Assembly (NCBI RefSeq): GCF_046119375.1
Contig: NW_027362767.1
Span: 415,710,001 to 415,774,000, forward strand
From: Phyllobates terribilis
Taxonomy: Eukaryota
Reading direction: 5' to 3'
DNA: 64,000 nucleotides
Both the position numbers and the translations under genes were made by a program. Shown in pieces: positions 1-15,124 of the stretch (position 1 is its first letter; the number at the start of each line of letters is the position of its first letter). The notes beneath the pieces are model-generated. The model ran no database searches and was not told the origin of the DNA. It worked only from the letters and a program-made list of their open reading frames with translations.

Positions 1-2030
1 AACTGACAAAAAGTGTGTGAATTATCTAAAAATTGGGGAAAATGTGGAATGAGGAGCAGCTTGCAGCCTTGCAGAACAGAAGCCTGATGGCGAACGGCCC
101 AGGAAGCCCCAACTGCCTGAGTGGAGTGAGCCATTACCCCAAGCAGGGGCACTCTGTCCTTTCCCCGATACACTTCCAGAGAGTGATAGTAATCTTAGAG
201 GTGGAGAGATCTTGGCGATGGTCTGCTGGGATGGCATACAAGAAGTCTGATCGTCTAAGAAAGGACATCACCGATAAGTAGTGACTCACGGCTCTGACCA
301 AATCCAACTTGTATAAGGATTGCAAACGAACTGGAAATGGAACTGATGGTCTGCAAAGTGGAAGAACCTTTGGTTTGATGGAAAGATGGAGAGGTTGACG
401 TAGGTGTCCTGAATGTCCACTGAGCAAATGAATTCCATGCATGCCAGAACAGAGCAAAGAGACTCCATCCTGATGTGATAAAGACTAACCCGCTTGTTCA
501 GCAGTTACATGTCCAGAAAAGGCCGGACCGAGCTGTCATTCTTAGGTATGACTAAAAAAATTTTCTAAAAACCTCTGAACCACTCTTGGGAAAGGCTGGA
601 ACAATAACAACTGATCGGCAAAGGGAGAAGATTGCTTGAAAAAAAAAAACAGAAGCCAAGGCGACTAGATCAGTAAAAAACAATTGCGCAAACGAGCGGT
701 GAATTCTATTTTGTATCTGAAGATGACTTCTCTGATCCAAGAGTCATCGACTGCGGAGAGCCAAGATGGCCACCCATCAGAAGAGGGATCCCAGGTGGGG
801 GTACCCGGTCATGCAGAGGTAAACTTATTTCCTCTGGTTTTGGAGGGCTTATCAGACTGGCCGCATGGATGTCAAAATGGCAACGAAGTGAAGGATGGTC
901 TTTTCTTCGGGGCAGAGGGCCTCTCTTTGTGGTTGGAAGAGAATTGGAAAAAATGACGAAACTGATATGGTTTGTGTTTAAAGTCAGGATGAGTAGGTCT
1001 AGCTTGTGGGAGCAGGGTGCTTATGCCACCAATGTTGTCTGAGATCATCTTGTTCGCATGACTTTAGCTATGATGGGAACTAGATGGCGAGTGCAGTCTA
1101 GGAGACGTGAAGAGTGAAGGAAACTAACAATGCACTCGCAGAAAGCCATTTGAACTGATGACACAACGTGCCATGTTGGTGCAGAGTAGCTGGTGGGCCT
1201 TATTCAATCTGGGTAGTAGTCAGAGTAACAGGGGCAGTAGAGGACATAGGCAGACACTCCATGACAGTGACCCTTGGTCTCTGGGATACCTTGGTCAGTT
1301 CAGCAACTGATTGGGGCAGAGTAACAGCCCATGCAGGAGGCTCTTAAACCGGCGTAGGCGACGGGCGAGTGCAAGCAGCACTGGTTGCCCCGAAGGGAAT
1401 TTCCAATTACATGAAGCACAGGCAAAAACGGTGACCGAGAGGGCTGTGCGGGCTTGCAGTCCACTCCGAGTACATACATAGTAGAGAGAAAGACAAAAAA
1501 ATAGCAGATGGCACAAGGAGGTGGTGCCGCAAGTGTCAGTCTCAAAAAGAGCAGACAGCCTACCAGGTCCTGAGGATTGTCTTACGAAGGGCAGATGGTG
1601 GGAGTAGGGCTTCAAACACTAGCGCATAGCATGGTCGCAATCCCACGGGGAGAGCATGCTGTAGACTGCTATCACCAGCAGGAAGCATGAATGGAAGAAG
1701 ATTGCGGCGATGAAAGGAAGATGTGGGAACAAGCTGGAACGCAAGAAGAGAGCCCGCGCAAGCCTGATTGGCTGGAGACAAAAGGGCATGGCCTGTTTGA
1801 GTCGGTTAAGCTGCAACAGAGGTCAGGGCCTAAATTGGAACACCGTACACAGAGTGGGGGACAAGAAAAGTCGTGGGTCACACTACCGGGACCGGAAGCA
1901 AAAAGCAGAAGAATGGGGGAGCTATGGATGACTCTAGGGTAGGACATGCAGAGAGGGAAACCCAATTGTAAGAGGAAGAGCGTAAACGCCACAGTATGGC
2001 GAGTGCCAGGTGCAAACATGATGTGAGAAT
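1..2030 (-). mobile_element. Degenerate, internally deleted DIRS-type (tyrosine recombinase) retrotransposon; runs off the left edge
   Basis: Minus-strand translation gives pieces of the gag/LAP2alpha-like ORF1 (IISDNIGGISTLLPQ near 1020-1060) and the RT start (VDDSWIREVIFRYKIEF near 700-750). It then jumps to the YR C-terminal half (LYKLDLVRAVSHYLSVMSFLRRSDFLYAIPADHRQDLSTSKITI, 200-330). Many stops and frameshifts; the right boundary is approximate. Confidence 0.7.
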
Positions 2031-2410
2031 GTAACATCGTAACATAGTTTTCCTTCAACCTTAAAAACTAAGTCCATCTAGTTCAACCCATAGCCTTACA
2101 TGTTGATCCTGAGGAAGGCAAAAAAAAAAACACGTGGCAAACACTAAGCTTCACATTGGGGAAAAAAATTACTTCCTGACTCCATACGGCAATCAGACTA
2201 GTTCCCTGGATCAACGCCCTATCAAGGAATCTAGTATATATAACCTGTAATATTATACTTTTCAAGTAAGGCATCCAGGCCCTTCTTAAATTTTAGCAGT
2301 GAATCACTCCTTACAACATCATGCGGCAGAGAGTTCCATAGTCTCACTGCTCTTACAGTAAAGAATCAGCATCTGTGATTATGATTAAACCTTCTTTCCT
2401 CAAGATGTAG
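2030..2410 (-). mobile_element. CR1 LINE 3' end fragment
   Basis: Minus-strand translation LHLEERRFNHNHRC*FFTVRAVRLWNSLPHDVVRSDSLLKFKKGLDALLE matches the CR1 ORF2 C-terminus. It is followed by a CR1-type 3' UTR and a short (CTATGTTA)-like tandem tail. Confidence 0.8.
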
Positions 2411-3769
2411 GCCAGCGGAATGTATTGGGATGTACGGGGTCAAAGGAGGGAGGTTGTTTTTACTCGTCTGTCCTGAAGAGGCTTAGTCCTTGTCTCTGGA
2501 TCCGGCTTCCATTCATATAACATGTCAGGCGGTGGGGTGGGCGGGCTAGGAGACAAAAGGCTAGGACCACCCACCCTAGAACCAGATTGCATCCGGAAAG
2601 AGTCCTGCCATACAGACTGTTTGGTCTGACCCCTGGCAAATTGTACTCTCCAACTTATGTTGAGGTTACAGAGTGGCCATTCCACTTTGTTTCCCTACCT
2701 AAAAGAGAAAAAGATGATTAAATTGCAGAAAATACCATAGGTAGAGACAGTTCAGGGCCTCAGACTTGTGTCTGCCTCCTACATGACACTAAGCTAAACT
2801 TGGTAGCTTTGTGCTGGTAGCTGGGTATATAGGGAGCCAAATTTTTCTTTAAGTGCATTTCCTAGTGTGAGCCTCCTGGTGGCAGCAGCATACATCCATG
2901 GTTTCCTGTGCCCTCCAATGAAGCACCTGAGAAAAAAGAAATCTCTTGTTTTCTGTTTTGCTTTCTTTCCACCATTTAAAAAAAATTGCAATGATCATTG
3001 TATCATGGCCAAATTGACCCCACATGGCTAGGGGGTTGTCCACTCGTTTTTTTGTTTTTTTTATATTAGCCCAGCATATTGTAAAAAAATAAAAATATAA
3101 CACTCACCTACTGTTCACCTGCCGATCTTTTTCTACCACTGCCTCCAAGCTGGGACAGCCTCAATGTATCCTGTTCCAGTTGTATGGACATGTGACCGCT
3201 GCAGTCAATCAGTGGTAAAGTTACATCTCTGCTGGAAGAGGAAGCACAGAGACTGTAGTGATACCACCCGGGCAGTGCTAGGAGAAAAGTGGCGATGCAT
3301 AAGTAGGGGAGTATGAATACATTTTTTTTATTTTACAGCATGTTGGACCAGTTTTGTTTTGTTTTTAAAAAGAGGTGGACAACTCTTTTTAGAAAGGTGG
3401 GTTGTCTCACATGCCTAATGCAGCTAAAAATAAGCAGCTCTTACTGAGGTGGACCTGTTCTCTTCATGTAAAACATGGTGAATTCATATTATGACTTTTT
3501 TTGTATGATCTATGGACAGCTAATATGGAAATGAAAATAAATAAAATAATAAAATAAATATGCAAGAAACCATCTCAATCATATTGTATAGCGTTCGGAA
3601 ATGGTCCACATCCTTTTCCGTAATACCTGGAGAAATAAGAGTTCTAAATTCTCCGACCTCACATATACATGTCCTACATAGACTCCTGCGCCCTGAAAAA
3701 ACGATACAGAAATAAGTTGTGGCATTTGGTTGTCATGAACATTATTTACAGAAATATATATCAGCTTTA

Positions 3770-4926
3770 TGTTACACCATGGCAGGCGCCCCTGCATGGG
3801 GTTCACTTTCCCCTCCATGTAGGGAGGCATGCTTACTCACCGCACCAGCCCTCCGGCGTGGTCCCGGCGTGCTCCCTGCCGCGCGCCTAGAGGCGGCTCG
3901 TGCATATACTAAATGCCCTCAACTAACAGCTAGGAGGCATTTAGTTAAAATATACACATGCAAGGTGTCTCCCAGCCAATAGCTGGGAGGCATCTTGTAT
4001 AAAAGGCACCCTTCCCCAATAGGGAGGTGTCTGAGCAACCCCTATAGTTTAGTGTTTCTGTATATTGCCAGGTCCCCTGTCCCTAGTTTGTTAGAACTAT
4101 TCCCGTATCCTGTGTTCCCATAGTCTATTATAGAGATTCCCTATCCTTTACTGTCCATGTAGTCATGTCTAGGTTATACGCTACCCTGAAACCATGTCAG
4201 CGGTATTTGTACCCCGTGACCGCATCAAAGGTACCAGAACTGTTTCCCAAGTGGCCGTCCTGCTCCGCAGTCTGAACCTGCCCCAGTGGCCGTCCTGCCC
4301 GCACAGTCTGAACCTGCCCCAGTGGCCGTCCTGCCAGCACAGTCTGAACCTGCCCCAGTGGTCGTCCTGCCCGCACAGTCTGAACCTGCCCCAGTGGCCG
4401 TCCTGCCCGCACAGTCTGAACCTGCCCCAGTGGCCGTCCTGCCCGCACAGTCTGAACCTGCCCCAGTGGCCGTCCTGCCCGCACAGTCTGAACCTGCCCC
4501 AGTGGCCGTCCTGCCCGCACAGTCTGAACCTGCCCCAGTGGCCGTCCTGCCCGCACAGTCTGAACCTGTCCCAGTGGCCGTCCTGCCCGCACAGTCTGAA
4601 CCTGTCGCAGTGGCCGTCCTGCCCGCACAGTCTGAACCTGTCCCAGTGGCCGTCCTGCCCGCACAGTCTGAACCTGTCCCAGTGGCCGTCCTGTCCTGCC
4701 TAGGAATCTGAATTAACCTCTCTGACCCTTGGGGTCAGCTGCTGCTGCCAGACGTCACCCTGGAGTGGCACCTGGCAGCTACCTGTCGCACAAGCCTGAC
4801 CTCAACACTAGAAGCTCCAGTGAACACCAAGGAAGCAGCTTAGTTACGCCCCTCCAGGGTAACTCCGGTCCGTAGCACATTGGGTCCAGGAACCACGTGT
4901 GCCACCTGCGGGGGTGACCCTTTACA
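3770..4926. mobile_element. Probable LTR-like non-autonomous element carrying a 36-bp tandem array
   Basis: Starts TGTTACA and ends TTTACA (TG..CA termini) with a GC-rich interior and an internal minisatellite. No TSD is visible, so boundaries are tentative. Confidence 0.4.
4246..4697. repeat. 36-bp minisatellite, about 12.5 copies
   Basis: Unit AGTCTGAACCTGCCCCAGTGGCCGTCCTGCCCGCAC; it gives 12-aa periodic ORFs in several frames. Confidence 0.95.
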
Positions 4927-7900
4927 TAACATTTTCTTACATTCCTGTCTGGTCAGAAACACCAGTACATACTATATGTATTGTGACAAAGTCACTGGTA
5001 AGGTACTGGAGGGGAGATACATAAACAGAGAAGATGTTCCAGCACATGAAGTGATCAGGGGTGAATCAGCCATGTTTACTGTTAGGGTGATTAAGCACCA
5101 GTAGAGAGGGAGGAGGTCAGAGGATAAATTCACAGTCTTAGAGGATTTGGAGTGGGCAGGGTCTGGAGGTGAAAGCTCTGGAGCATTTTTTGTCATGTGA
5201 AAGAAAGCCAAACATTGGGTTGTTTGTTCCTGAAGCAGGCAGTTACCCATAGCAACAAGGACTGTGCCATACGTTATGTTTTGTTTTTTCTTGTAAGGCC
5301 AGGAATGCCGTGTTTGTTTTCCTAATGTTGCTGCGGTTTATGCCTTACGCTTAATAAACCACAACGGAAGATTTAAAGAGACAGTGTTCCTGTGTCTACC
5401 TCTATGTGCATCCAAGTGAGCTAATCTATCACAGTTGGTGCTAGAAGTGCGGGCAAGATCCCCAGTAAGCAAGTGTGACAACTGTGGACAGACTGCATGT
5501 CCTGAGTGAAGGCGGCTGTAATGATGGAACAGATTTCAGACAAAATGGAGGAGCTGATCAAGCACCTGGTCTAAAGCCAGCACCAGCAGCACCTGCAACA
5601 GCTGGCACAACAGGAGATAAGTAAGCTGCTGATGCAACAGCTCCAGCAGTAGCTCCAACAGGAGCAGCAATAGAGCCAATAACAGCTGCAGATTGATGTG
5701 TTCACAGCGGAGGTTCGTGTCACAGTGGCAGCTCCGACCTAAATGTCAACGGATGATTTCTCTGTCCGGAAGGTGGGGAGGAGAACCTTGCAGATGAGCC
5801 CGGGTGAGGAAATAGAGGCCCTTTTTAACTGTTTTTGTAAGGGTCGTCGATAGGGAGAAACTCCCGCCAAAGCAATGGGCACAAGTCCTAGCGCTATACT
5901 TAAAGGGGAAGCCACAAAAGGCCTACTATGATTTAGCCTTTAATTTTTCATATTCTTTGGCGTCCTGCCAAAGTATATGAAAAATTCAAAACAGAAATTT
6001 TGGCGCGCTTGGGGATGACAATGTCTGTCGGGGCACAACGCGTCCACTGCTGGGCTTATCACCGTGACAAACCCCCTCGCTCCCAAATGTTTGATCTGCT
6101 GCACCTCGTCCAAAAGTGGTAGCCGGAGTCCTCTACACCAGTACAGATGGTGGAGCGAGTTGTAATGGACCGGTTTGTGTACTCCCTTCCTAGCCTGATG
6201 CAGACTTGGGTTGCCCAGGGAGATCCCCGGAACACCGATGACTTGGTTGGAATGGTCGAAAGATATCAGGGGGTCGACTGGTCCTTGGGGAAGCAACACA
6301 CTCCATACTGGGGGCTGAGATTCAAAAGGGTGTGTGGAGTCCAAGGGGGCGGCGGAGATCATTTCAAGGGCCTCATCGGAGGAAGTAATTTGCTGGAGAT
6401 GTCATGGCCCAGGTTATATAGCAGCCCATTGTCCCCTGACCACCTAGCAAATGTACTGTAGCATATGACGTCGGTGTTCCTTCTACGCGTATCAAGCTTG
6501 CAGTGTGGACTGTTCAACCGGCAAGGGGCCCCAAGCGTGTCCTGTAAAAGTGAACGACCTGCAAATGACTGGGCTACTAGACTCAGGGAGTTTGGAGACC
6601 CTCGTGAAGGCCAACACCCCCTCTCCAATTGATCCCTGGGAAGAAGGTTGGCATAAGCTGCGCTCACGGGGATGCTAAAGACTTTCCGGTGGCCAGAGTG
6701 GTCAGTGAAACTGCCCGAGGTACTGAGTCCGATGAGGTCGGTGTGGTCCCGGATTTAATGCACCCACTTATCATAGGCCGTGAATTTGTTTTGTTTTGGG
6801 ACTTGTGGGGGAGGGGGGGAAACCTTGATTGCTCGGGTAAGAAATGGCCCTAAATAAGTCTCTCCAACCCCAGAGTCTGACGGGTTTCCCTTCTGTGTGA
6901 GGAGAGAAGAGGAGAAAGTAGTATCCCCTGAGGCAGACATTCCTGAGATAGGGGTGATGAGAGAAAAATATGGGTTCACTCAACATAGGGACCCATCTCT
7001 AAAAGAAGTGTTCAATAAGGTAACAGTCATGAACAGCATAGCACAGGAGGTGGGGGGCTGACACCAGGTTTCCCCATTTCATGTTGAGTGGGGACTTATT
7101 GCACCAGGTTACTAAAGTGAAGGAGATGATAGTGGAGCAGTTGTTGGTACCAGGATCCTCTAGACAAAGGGTGTTGTACAGGGCTCGTTCACATGTCTTG
7201 GGTGGCCAACTGGGGGTGGACAAAACTCAAGAACAGGTCATGCGGAGATTCTACTGGCCCAAATGTCACTGTGAAATCCTAAGCTATCAAGTCCTGTCCC
7301 ACCAGCCAGTTAAAAGCTACCACCTCTCCCTTCAAGAATCCTCTCATGCCGCTATCCATCAAGGAAGGACCACAGAGAAACCAAGTTGAAACTCCATGTT
7401 GGCTGGACAGAGCAGATGGGGATAGTAAGGGTGTCAAAGTGGCAGAGACACTGTCACCGGCCCAGAAGCAACGGTGCTGAGAACTGCTTCAGCAGAACCG
7501 GGACCTGTTTTCAGAGTTGCCAAGACGAACGCAGGTTGCTGAACATGGAATCCTGAAGGAACCACATGTGCAGTTGAATCAAAAGCCGTATAGAATCCCA
7601 GAAGCCCCCCCCCCCCCGCAAGATGATTTTGAAGGAGGGGGGCTAAATTTGACACCTATCCGATACCCCGCAGTGATGAACTCCTAGAGAAGCTAGGGTC
7701 AGCCAGATACATCACCTTCCTGGACCTAACAAAGGGTTACTGGCAAATTCCCCTATCTCAAAGTACCAAGAAGAAGATGGGCCCTTTTATACCTGACAGT
7801 GGCTTCCAGTATACCAGAAGCCCATTTGGGCTGCAAAGAGACCCAGCTACCTTACAAAGGCCGGCTCTTAGCCCTGCACAAAAAGTATGCCGCATCTTAC

Positions 7901-8488
7901 CTCGACGATATTGTGATATTCAGCCCGGATTGGGGAAGTGATCGGCAGAAGGTCCAAACCATGCTGGATGCGCTGAGGAAAGAGGAGTTTACCATAAACC
8001 CAAAGAAGTGTGCAATCAAGAAAAAGAAGGGAAAATACTTGGGCTACATCGTCGTAAGTGAATAAGATGGAGTCAGTGCAAAATTGGCCGAAGACGTCAA
8101 TGGCCAAATGGTCTCACGAAGACATCAATGGCAGAGATGGCATTCCAAGAGTTGAAACTCAGGGCTACAGAACTTCAACTTTCATGTGGAACGCAGGCCT
8201 GGGAAGCTGCACGATAACGCAGATGCCCTGTTTAGACTCCCCTGTTTGGTGACTGAAGGTGCCAAACTCTACAGCTTTGGGCAGATGGGGGGGATATGTG
8301 ACAAAGTCACTGGCAAAGTACTGGAGGGGAGATATGTAGCACGGAGATTGTAAGCTCCAGTAATATAAACAGAGAAAATGTTCCAGCACACAAAGTGATC
8401 AGGGCTTAAACAGCCATGTTTACTGCTAGGGTGATTAAGCACCTGTAGAGAGGGAGGAGGTAAGAGGATAAATTCCAGTCTTTTAGAG

Positions 8489-8674
8489 CAGGATTCCCCA
8501 ACTCCAGTCCTCAAGGCCCACCAACAGGCCATGTTTTCAGGATTTCCTTACTATTACACAGATGATGGAAATATTGTCTGTACAGGTGATGCAATTATCA
8601 CCTGAGCAATACTAAGGAAATCCTGAAAACATGGCCTGTTGGTGAGCCTTGAGAACTGGAGTTGGGGAACCCTG
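8489..8674. mobile_element. hAT-type MITE inserted in the Gypsy 3' LTR
   Basis: CAGG...CCTG termini with long imperfect inverted arms and an exact 8-bp TSD TTTTAGAG (8481-8488, 8675-8682). It is absent from the 5' LTR. Confidence 0.85.
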
Positions 8675-8921
8675 TTTTAGAGCATTTAGAGTGAAGTGGT
8701 TCTGGAGGTGAAAGCTCTGGAGTCGTTTTTGTCATGTGAAGGAAAGCTAAACATTGGGGTGTTTGTTCCTGAAGCGGGTGGTAACCAGTAGCAACAAGGA
8801 CTGTGCCATACGTTGTTTTGTTTTCCTGTTAGGCCGGGAAGGCCGTGTTTGTTTTGCTAACATTGCTGTGGTTTATGACTTACTCCTAATAAACCACAAC
8901 GGAAGATTTAAAGAGACAGTG

Positions 8922-9824
8922 TGTTAGGAGGGCGGTTGCAGACAACTTTATTATAATGGAACGCAACCGACCCCGGGGTCCGCGATGCAGCCTGGTGGAC
9001 TGCTGCCGAACACTTTCCGGGTGAAAAGGAAAGTAGCCAACTTAAATGATAAACCCTTCCGTGTTACTGCACACGGTAATGGGTATAGCGGTTCGCTCGA
9101 TCTACGTTAACAGCACGGGAGATGTGCGACCGGGAAACTATCTGTAGTCCTGTTACAGCACAGGGACTACACTGGCAGCGCTAGGATGCGTGTGTGACTA
9201 CGCCGGCGTGCTACCGGACTGAAGGGTACTACTCCACGTGGCTGACAGGCGCTAGCCGTGGATAGGACGTCTGCAGGCTGCTCGGGGTGTTAGGCGACCC
9301 CTTTGGCAGAGCCAGACTGCTAGACGAAGCTACCTGCCTATTTCCACTAGCCTGCCTATTTCCACTACACCTGCCTATGGAAACTACATGGAACACAGTC
9401 GTCCACACAACAGCATCACTTGCTCAATGATCAGAGCGTGCCGCCATGTTTGTGGGTGGGCCTTTTAAAGACTAAGCCCTGCCCACCGTCACGCCATTAG
9501 TGACGCCACCCGTGGACCAATCAGGCGGTGCCAGGTCACCGGGTCAGGTGGTTGCCATACCACCAATCACGGTCCGCCAGGTCACGGGCATGCTCAGTAC
9601 CGAGAATCCTGGATTTAGGCTCCAACAGCCCAGTCTCCCTGCGCAACCTATGCTTAACATTGCTAGGCACAAATACCCAAGAGACAATCTGCACATCTCG
9701 TGGACCAGCTAGGCGTTGGGGCTGACGACGATGCTGAGCAGCATCAGCCCTGGCTGGACTGGAATGGGAGACCACAGAAGGTTCTGGACCCATTTCGAAT
9801 CCAGCAACAGCCCGACGCCTAACA
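8922..9824. mobile_element. Solo LTR of a second family inserted in the Gypsy 3' LTR
   Basis: TGTTAGG...CCTAACA termini and exact 5-bp TSD CAGTG (8917-8921, 9825-9829). The host LTR sequence resumes after it. Confidence 0.8.
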
Positions 9825-9895
9825 CAGTGTTCCTGTGTTTGCATCTGAGTGAGCCGATCTACCACAGTATGTATAATTTTATATACACACACACA

Positions 9896-13093
<3,198 letters not shown>

Positions 13094-14798
13094 TATGTAT
13101 ATATACATCAATTGAAGGCCCGACACCGCAGCTCCAACAGTGCCGTCCACACTCCATCACCCGCTCTGATCAGTTTACATTCTGATTGGTGGCTCCCTCT
13201 TGTTCAAGCCACTGATTGGCCTTTTCATTCTGTTAGTGACAGTAACTTGCGGCTTATACAAGCCACCTGCCTATCGAACTATAAAAAAATTCACGTGGAA
13301 ACCTAAAATACTGGGTGCTGACTGGCTGAGATTTTCAGGAAAATTTTGTGATAGGTGTTAGGCAACGTCATTCTTTGGAAGGTACCATTGATCTGGAGAC
13401 ACGTGACTCCTGAGTGCAAATAATAGCAGGGCTTGTACAGTGATCAAAATGTCCAATATACCCCAAAATTGTACCAACAACTACAGCTGAACATGCAAAA
13501 CATCAAGCCCTTACAGAGGTTCATCGATGGAAAAATAAAGTTATGGGTCTTGGAAAAGGTGACACAATCCAAGTGGTGGAATTACGTTTGTTTTCACCAC
13601 TTCACCTAACTTGAAATTTTTTTTGCTCTTTTTTGGTACATAATATGGTAAACGAATGGTGTCAATCAAAACTACAAAAAAACAAGCCCTCATGCAGCTA
13701 TGTGGACGGAAGAATATATATGGCTCTTGTAAGAAGGGGAGAAAATACTAAAATTAACTACATCCTTACATGGTTAGAGACAATCCCATATTAAACATTT
13801 TATCAAAAATTCACCAGTAACTAGAATGAGGATTGCAGACTCCCACTTGGGAGGCATTTGGAGTGGTGGACATGCATGTGCACTGTTCCTCCATTCACAG
13901 CCTATGGGACTGACATTAAAGAGGTTGTCCACTACTTTTACAATGATGGCCTATCCTTAGGATAGGTCATCAATGTCTGATCGGCCGGAGTCTGACATCC
14001 TGCACCCCTGCTGATCAGCTGTTATCGGTGGCTGTGACTGCCGGCCGGAAGTACTTGCAGAGCTGGCCATCTACTTGTAGTGGCCGGGGCTTGTCACTGC
14101 AAATCCACCTCCTATTCATTTGAATGTGATCCTACACATTGAACATATACCAAATTAGGTTCTGGCTCTTTTCTTTGGTTTTGCTGAAGTTTCTTGTACT
14201 TTGTACGAACAAGGGCATGGCTCCCCCCTTTTTGAGCTAGGTATTTCATCTACACATTGGCAGACACAGCAAAGGGCCCTGTGCAAGAACAGTACATGGG
14301 TCCTTAGAAGTCCAATAGCTCGTCATAATGCAACATTCCACCTGCTTTCGAGGAGGAAATGGGCCTCCTTATCTCTTGGGCTCCAGTGCGGACGCATAGG
14401 TTGCACTAATGATATATCCACCCCTGCATCTATATAGATTCCCATGGGCAGGTGTCTGAACAGTCGGGTCTGGGTCCTGCTTGGACCCCATCTATATTGA
14501 GGTTGGCTGACACAAGGTAAAGTTTTAATACTAGGGATAGGACTGTCTTCATTGGGTACACCTTTTCACGGTGGGAAGGCTTTTATGCTTTTTTGATCAA
14601 TATAGTGTTAACTAAGTACCCTATGTTATTTACATGTACTATTACTATTTACTTAATACAGGGTATATGCTCATTTTAATTTTTTCTTGGGTTTGGTCTG
14701 TGAAATGGCCACAGTGTGAACGTGGTCCTACACATTGCATGTATATACCAACTTATGTTCCGGCTCATTTCTTTGGTTTCAACAGTTTCACAAACATA

Positions 14799-15029
14799 CA
14801 GGTGCATCTCACTAAATTAGAATATCATCAAAAAGTTACATTTATTTCAGTTCAATACAAAAAGTGAAGCTCATATATTATATAGAGTCATTACAAACAG
14901 AGTGATCTATTTCAAGCATTTATTTCTGTTAAAGTTGATGATTATGGCTTACAGACAATGAAAACACAAAAGTCATTATCTCAGTAAATTACATTTTTGA
15001 TGATATTCCAATTTAGTGAGATGCACATG
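14799..15029. mobile_element. Tc1 deletion derivative (MITE-sized)
   Basis: TA-flanked inverted termini CAGGTGCATCTCACTAAATTAGAATATCATCAAAAA / TTTTTGATGATATTCCAATTTAGTGAGATGCACATG; no ORF. Confidence 0.75.
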
Positions 15030-15124
15030 TAGGTACACATGTCAACAGTGGGTCAGTAGTGGTATCAAATAACCACTAAACTACTTAAGGCGAACCTGTC
15101 AGCAGGATTGTGCTAAGTAAACTA

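Larger units (their letters stand above)
4982..9866 (+). mobile_element. Degenerate Gypsy LTR retrotransposon of the Gmr1 type (SCAN-domain gag, integrase upstream of RT)
   Basis: LTRs at 4982-5433 and 8297-9866 (the latter interrupted), TG..CA ends, and 4-bp TSD GTAT (4978-4981, 9867-9870). PBS-like TTGGTG at 5435 and polypurine tract before 8297. SCAN-like MVERVVMDRFVYSLPSLMQTWVAQGDP (6147), integrase Zn-domain region (7081-7290), RT YLDDIVIFS (about 7900). Confidence 0.85.

Noticed and set aside
2794-2926. LSM2 last exon (CFIGG...YTQLPAQ resembles CFIRG...YVQLPAD)
   Set aside because: The spacing and exon boundary do not match LSM2, and no other LSM2 exon was found.
4194-4711. ORFs of 141-169 aa as protein-coding genes
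   Set aside because: They are artefacts of a stop-free 36-bp tandem repeat that is open in several frames.
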